A stretch of 64,000 nt of DNA, taken from Proteromonas lacertae (lineage: Eukaryota). Numbering within the stretch: position 1 is the first letter of the stretch; each line of letters begins with the position of its first letter. Where the stretch lies: assembly GCA_002245135.1 (NCBI GenBank), contig NGBS01000591.1, positions 124,001 to 188,000 on the forward strand, read 5' to 3'. Below, piece after piece: positions 56,701-64,000 of this stretch. The notes beneath the pieces are model-generated. The model was not told where the DNA came from. It searched no databases and saw nothing but the letters and a program-made list of their open reading frames with translations. Made by a program: the position numbers and the translations under genes.

Positions 56701-59700
56701 TATTTGTTTGCCTATTGTCAATAATTCAGATAATTGATATGATATATCATTATGGTATAAACTAATTGTTAATAAATTACTTGATAAAGAAGATCTGTTA
56801 CTTGTCATTGAAGCAGGATTTAAAGTACAAATTATATTAACTTTCTTTGGCAATTCTATTGTTCCATAACCAGGAGCATCAAATGTTGTTTTATTCTTAT
56901 CAGTACAACATTTTATAAATGTGTAAAACTCATCCAATACATCAGATGGAGCTAAATTCAATTCATCAAATAGAAATCCTATTTCTTCATCATCTTTATG
57001 ATTTTCTAATTCTGTTGTTATTATACCTGGTTTTCTTTCTTGATTTTGATCAGATCCAATTGTTAAACTACCAAATAATTCTTGAATTGTTATATTTGGT
57101 GATAAATTAAATCTGAATATTGGAATATCCAAAGCATTATAAACATGTTGAGCTGTTACTGATTTACCAACACCTGGATCACCTTCTAATATCACTGGTA
57201 AATTCGATTGTATTCCCAATAATAATGTCAATATCATATGAACTGTGGTTGGAACTATATAAAATGATTCTTGAATATTCTTATTCAAATAATCTTGAAT
57301 CTTATCATACACATCCATAAAACTAACACTAAATATTTCTTTCAATAATCCATCAACATCCAAATTCGCTGATACTTCTTCAGAATTCTTATTATCTAAT
57401 TTGAATAGTCTTTGTAATGGTTGAGAAACAGATTTGGCTTTCTTAGATCTTAGTAATTCATATCTTGATTGATGATTTCTTGATATATAATCTAAATAAA
57501 ACATTGAATCAATTGGATTTCTAAAATACTTCTGTATTCTATTCTCTAATGTGTAAAAGTGTAATGAATATCCAATTATATCTTTACATAATGGAAATCT
57601 TCTGATTATTTCTGTTTCTGTTGGATTTGGACAATAGATTGGCAAGAATAAAGATTTATCATTAATTCTATTAAAATCACTATCACTTATTACTCCTATC
57701 ATCTTGGGTGGAATAAAACTCCTTATATCTTTTATTTGATTCATTATATCTTCATAAATTGAATAAACATATTGATTGTCAATATTCTTCTCATATTTCA
57801 TTGAACCTTTATATAATTCCAATAATCCTGTTATTCTTGGTAAAACAGATTCACTTATAAGATCAAAATGATTTAATATCAATGTTTCATCAGTTATAAA
57901 ACTTGTCATTATCAAACCAGGTTTGAAGAATAAGCAAGATTCTTCATTATATTTCATTATTTCATTCATATTATTCTTCCATTCAACAAATGTATCACTT
58001 GGATTTCCTTTATTGTAATTGTTATATGATGTTGCTATTTGATTCATTGTTGTTAATAACTCAGATGGACTGGAAATTAAAGTACTTCCTATCAAATAAG
58101 AAGAATCATAAGATCTTGATAATTCGATAAATCTTCCATTATCTTCATATAAATCATTCATTAAAGACATTTGGAATGATTCACATGTGATATATAAAAC
58201 TGGTGCTTGACAATCACTTGATGATAATAACGATAATCGAAATAGACTTTCCAAATACCAATTATCAACATTATCAGATATTTTATTTAATTCACATGTT
58301 GTTGATATGTTATACTTTGATAGAGTATAATGATTCTTTTCTTTTACGAAATTAATTTTACTTTTCAAAAATGTCTCGATTGTTGTATTTTTGATTATAT
58401 CTTTGAATATCTCATCTAATAATGATATTTTACTTTCATCACAATATAAACCAAGTAAATAAGGTAACATATCTTTATATATTGATTTTAATGGAATTAA
58501 ATAATGAAGTTGAGTCATTGAGAATAAATCATTTTCAAATATTTCTTTTGGTAAGTCAAATATCTTACTCTTTTCTTCATTTGTATATTCTTTTATTTCA
58601 AAACTTGGACAATAACAAGGTATTGATTGAGTTGGTTTTCTATCACCAGATGTTGTGAAATTGAATATTACTCTGAATGATGGATGTATTTTGAAGATTT
58701 TATTCATATATTCAAATTCATTAGTGGTTGGATCAATAAATGTTTCAAACAATTGTAATATATCACTTGATAATAAATGAGAATGTTCAATCACCAATAC
58801 TACACCTTCTTCCATTGCTGATATAACTACACCTCGATGAAATTCTCTATCCTTTGTGAAAAATCCTAACAATTGATCAATTTCAGTTTCTGGAGAGATA
58901 TATAATGCTAGAGATTTTATTGGATTATAACTTCCATTCAATAGTTGTTCTATTAAATAACTTTTACCACTTTCTTTATGTCCAAATAAAGCTATTGATC
59001 TGTGTGTGATTAATGATATTAATAATTCACTTAATAACTCTCTTCTTTCTTCAATTCCTTCAAATAATCCTTCATAACATTCTAAATATTTTGAATGTTT
59101 TTCATAATATTTTGTTAATTCATTTATATGTTTCTTTGTTTCTTCTTTGAAGAATGATTCACAGAAAGTATTTATCATCTCTTTTTTATTCTCATCACTT
59201 TCTTCAAATGCATTTTCTATTTTTTCATCTGGTAAAGTAACTAATATAAATCTATTAATCAAAGCAGGAGAAAATTTCATTAAACCATTTTTTGAAACAC
59301 TTGCAATTATTCTGAAATTTGGATGAATATCAATTTCTGGTTCTTCAATTCTTTCATCAAATCTCACTTTCTGTTTACATCCATCATTTGGTATTATTTC
59401 TAATAAAGAATTCAATCTTTCGATTGAATTAGATTTCATATTATCTAAGGATTGAAGAAAACAAGTTTCTCCATTGATTATACTTTTTACTAAAGGAGAA
59501 TCATGCCATTTTGGGGCTATTTTAATATCCATTTCCATTTTCTTCATTATTATTATTTCCTTCTAATTGAAACATTCCAACCAAATTCTCAGTTGTTGTT
59601 CCACTTGTACATCTTATAATATTGAGTTTTTCATTATCATGAATAGATTGGAGATATGATAATACATACTTTCTAGCTGTATATTCATTCTCACTACATA

Positions 59701-62144
59701 ATAAAATATGACAACCTGATTTAAATATTGCTTTTATGTATTGACAAAGATTATTCCAAATAGTTTCATTCAATGGAAATAAAGTAGATTTACTAATTTC
59801 AAGTGGTTTAGATAAATTCAGTTTATTTGTTGGTAATATATCGCCATAAACAATCTCTGTAGCTATTTTTGAAGAACATTTAGCTGATGTTATTAGAGTA
59901 TTTGCTCTAATACAATCTCTCAATGTATAAACTCTATCTGGATGATTGGCTAATGCATTTTGATGAGAATTTAAAATATCATTCACATTACTTTTTGAGA
60001 TTTTTCCAATTGATTCTAATATCTTGTTTAATTCTTCTCTTGTTATTTCTGGAAAGAATCTTGAATCAATATATCTGAATCTAGACATCATTGTTTCATC
60101 AATTTTGGTTCTTTTATATATTGAACCAGCTGGATTTTGTGTTGCTATTATTCTGAAACTAGGATTCATATCATATTTTGTATAACCACTTCCTATTGAA
60201 TCAACATATAATTCATGAGAATCTAAAACATTCATTATTGCTTGAACTACTTCAGCATTGGCTAATGACAATTCATCCAATAATATCACTTTTCCTTCAA
60301 TAAAAGCTTCAGAAAATGGACCTAATTGGAATATTGGAGTTGATTTACCATCTATTGTTTTTATTATCACATTTCCTATCAATTCATCAATTACTGATGA
60401 TGGACTGAAATTATATCGAATTAATGGAATTTGACCATTCATACACACTTGCTTCAACTGTGAATGTTTTGGCACTTGAAGTTTTACCTTCAACTAATAA
60501 TGGAGTATTCTTTTCTATTCCATCTTCGTATGATTTTCATTCTTTTTAATGCATTTTCAGTTAAAACAGCTTGAGATCTTTTATTTATAGCTGTTACATC
60601 TCTATATGGTTCACAGATTATTTTCTTTCCTGTATCTTCATCAATTACTTCCAATGATTCATCTGGAGAATGAATAATCATTATATCACTATGACAAGTA
60701 ACAGATTTATTTCTTAATGATGGAAAACGATAGGATTTTTCTTTACATTCACATATTTGATGGAAATATATCTTTTCAGGAATAATGTTATTATCACTTC
60801 TTGTTTCTAATAACGGTAATGTGAAATTTTTCTTTTTATTTTCTTGTCTATATTGAAAACCAATTTTAGAATCATTTTACTACATAATCTAATCCACAAA
60901 TTAATGTTGATAGGTAAAGATGAATATACTTTTCCATCATTATTCTTAATGTATAAATTATCTAATGAAATACAATCAATTTCTTTAGTATCATTATATT
61001 GAATCAAAATAGAACATTTCACAAATGGATGATAATGAATTACATCGTTATATTGTATAATCAGCTTTCACATTTGAAGTTTCTTCAGGAATATTATTCA
61101 TCTCGTTTTCTTCTTCATTCTCTTCATTGTTATCACCTTCACTATTTTCATCTGATTGATATGAACTATCTGAATCTGAATCTGGATTTATAGCTCTTCT
61201 TCTTCTCATTCCTTTCTTGTGTTTATTTTCAGTTGGTATATTACCATTATTATCTTCAGGTTTATTATCAACTATATGCTGTTGTTCTTCACTTATCGAA
61301 GATGGAAGAGGAGGATTTGAATTATCAAATGTTGGAGGAGGTGGGTGGAAGTGGTAGGTGGATTTACACCAAATGCTGGAGGAAATTGTTGAGGATTTAC
61401 ATCATATGGTGGTGTTGGAGGAGGAGGAGAGGTGGAAAAGGTTGATTAACACCAACATTAGGTGGTATAGTAGGATGTGGTTGTTGTGAATTTGTAGGAA
61501 CAGAGGGAGGTGGATTTGGATATTGATAATTTGATTGAGGAGGTATAACATTTGAAGGATTTTGATAAGCTGTTACAGGTTGTTGGTTATTGATATAAGG
61601 ATATTGGTTTGTATAATTAGTTTGGCCATTGTAATTGATAGGAATATAAACAGGATTCATATTCTGAGCATATTTTATAAACTTATTAACCTTTTGTTGT
61701 TGTTGAGTTGGTTGTACATATGATTGTTGAGGTTGAGTTTGTAAAGGTTGCTGTTGTTGATATTGAGGTTGAGGTTGAGTGTGAAATTGTGTTTGATATT
61801 GAGGTTGTTGTAGAGGTGGAGGGGGAGATGGAGGTTTAGGTTGTTGATATTGTTGATGTTGAGTTAATGAAGGTTGTGGTTGTGATTGATTATGTAGTTG
61901 CGGATGTGGTTGCGGATGTAGATTGTTGAGGTTGATGTAAAGGTTGATTTTGTTGATATTGTGGTTGAGGTTGAGTAGTGTATTGCTGATATTGTGGTAA
62001 AGATTGATAAGGTGGTTGATAAGGTTGATGCTGTGTAGCAGGCTGAACAGGCATTTGTAATGTAATAGCCTGAGATACAAATATTTGGTCATTATTACTA
62101 ACATATGTTGAGAGTGGATTATTATTGTTCGGAATTAGGTCCAT
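47702..62144 (-). CDS. Giant midasin-like protein of about 4800 aa (Q/P-rich N-terminus, six AAA modules, long linker, three vWA-like domains and one unassigned alpha/beta domain)
   Basis: Walker A variants GKTSSAKT, GHKESGKS, GDPGVGKS, GPSPSGKS; Walker B LLDELSLA, LFDELNLA, VIEDINLA; FRIIATQNP; vWA IIIDTSFT, IVLDASSFT, VVMDCTGSMSSYI; ORFs joined by 1-nt frameshifts, not introns. Confidence 0.8.
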
Positions 62145-62509
62145 GAGAATAAGTTGATAAAATCAACTGTTGTGGATTTTACATGAAAACGTCCCTAAGT
62201 TATTATAAAAAAATCAATATACTGCTAAATCTTCAAAGAAACTACTACATGTACACGATAAATTGACAGGAAATTGGTATGGCTGTTGACCTGCACAGCA
62301 CAAATAAACAACAGATTGCATATATTTAGTCTTTTTACTAAAATCTATGTAAATAGTAATTTCCTATTCAAAAAAGCGGGAATGTAATTATTACATAAAT
62401 TAAATACACATCTCTTTTTACATATCATTTATACAAGCAAAACAAACAATATAATATTTTTATAACACCAATGAAATTAAAATGTTTTAAATTCAAAACA
62501 TAAAACGAA

Positions 62510-63485
62510 TTATTCATCAAATGGATCTTCACAACAAGTCCTTTCACAAACTTTACACATTTCATCTAATTGTTTTTCAGTTAAATTGTATAATGTATCA
62601 ATAAATGCAGTCTAGTAATGAAATTAATAAATCTAAATGAAAATATACTCTAAATGAAGCAGGACCTTTGCATTCTTTTTCAGCTATCTCACCAGCTACA
62701 GAATACAAAGACATAGCCTACAAAATATAAATAAAATAATCATTACATTTGCAACTGAAGTAACAATATCTTCACTATCTATAATACATGCGATAATACA
62801 TGCATTTAAAGAACATCCAATAGCTGTCACACGAGTCATCATTACTGTTCCATTAGGAATGTTTACTACTCTATTACCATCAGTTACATAATCCTCATCA
62901 CCACTTATTGCTACTATACAGTGATATTTAGATGCAATTGCTATTCCGCTTTCCAATGCTTGATTACTGCTATTTGTACTATCTACACCTTTACTAACTA
63001 CTTTTGTCTCACCACATAAAGATATTATTTCACTAGCATTACCTCTGACAACTGTTGGATGAAAATCCATCAATTCCTTGTATACTTTTGTTCTGTATGG
63101 ATTTTATCAGTTAAAATTACTAAAACTGTGAAAATGTCTATCAAAAAAGATATGTTGCTCCACATCCACAAGGATCCAGTATCCATGGAATATTATTATC
63201 ATGTGCTGCTTTTGCAGCATTTTTCATTCCTTCAACCCATAAAGAATCTATTGTTCCTCCATTAATCAGCAATCCTCTTGAAATCTTTGGTAAAATCTGC
63301 AGTTTCTTCTGGTGCATGTATCTACATTATATTTATAATATATAATATACCATAGCAGGAGAAGCCTTCAAAGCAAGAAGAACATTAGCCATAATATCCA
63401 TACTTACATAATTAGTAATACAATGAATTAAAGGAGAGAGTTTTTCAACTCTACAATATGTTTCCTAAGGTTTTTCAATTGACAT
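62510..63485 (-). CDS. thiM: Hydroxyethylthiazole kinase (thiamine salvage)
   Basis: SPLIHCITNYVSMDIMANVLLA, LLINGGT, WILDP, VVRGNASEI, KGVDS, MMTRVTAIGCSL, GPASF; spliceosomal introns. Confidence 0.9.
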
Positions 63486-63655
63486 TTTAATTTAACGACT
63501 ATAATTTTGAAATGTAAATATGTTAATACAGTTATATTTGATTTATATTTGAATGTTTAATAACAACATAAATTCATATTGTGTTAATTGAAAATTAAAA
63601 ATTTATTATAAAAGAAAGAATTTATAAAATAATACACTATATTACATTTATATGC

Positions 63656-63982
63656 TTAAACTACATTCTCATTGTTTATTTTATTCACTTTTAAGCAAAT
63701 GGACTTAAATTCTGTCCCTTTTATTAACAATCTATTGAAATTTCTTAAAAATTCTAGTTTATCACCTAAAATAAATCATTATGGATGAAAATACTAACTT
63801 TTCTAAATTCTTTAACACGAGTGATAAATATATTGAAATCTCTGTCAGTACACTATTATATTGTGTTAAATAATGAAACATACAACGAAATTACCAACAA
63901 AAAACCTTCCATCTTTAACTTCTATTCTTACAGTTTCATTTATTAGTTTTGATAAAAAATCTCTTGGTGGTAAACTTTTCAC
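63656..63982 (-). CDS. Sm/LSM-domain protein, closest in pattern to Naa38/LSMD1; 5' end lies outside the window; absent from the ORF track
   Basis: Spliced reading PRDFLSKLINETVRIEVKDGRFFVGNFV|CTDRDFNIFITRVKEFRK...LRNFNRLLIKGTEFKSICLK across two short GT-AG introns; stop 63656-63658. Confidence 0.7.
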
Positions 63983-64000
63983 TATATTAATTAATTTAAA

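Noticed and set aside
59519..59530. Euplotes-style stop-dependent +1 programmed frameshift (TAT-TAA-AAT on the minus strand)
   Set aside because: It fits this one site only; other shifts lie upstream of their stops by codon usage, share no motif and include a missing-base case, so assembly error is more parsimonious

Overview
Gene-dense, very AT-rich eukaryotic nuclear DNA with about 28 protein-coding genes, most interrupted by tiny (about 25-35 nt) GT-AG introns, and intergenic gaps often under 150 bp. The tiny introns, a TGTTTGTT element downstream of some stops, a PA14/Ig surface protein and a tubular-mastigoneme gene suggest a Blastocystis-like or opalinatan stramenopile. That assignment is inferred, not searched. 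The window also carries flagellar genes (AK7, TCTEX1D2-like, mastigoneme protein). Many genes, including housekeeping ones, have 1-nt frameshifts that most likely are long-read assembly errors, so gene spans are hand-reconstructed and approximate. Most notable: (1) two paralogous, catalytically dead BED-finger hAT transposase derivatives head-to-head with 41 bp between start codons; (2) an apparently intronless ~14.4-kb midasin-like gene with six AAA modules, three vWA domains and an extra unassigned domain; (3) a candidate U12-type AT-AC intron; (4) recurrent promoter motifs TCAAGC/TCAAAC and ACGTG; (5) a CBM20-TPS-TPP pseudoenzyme. No rRNA, tRNA or CRISPR was recognised.
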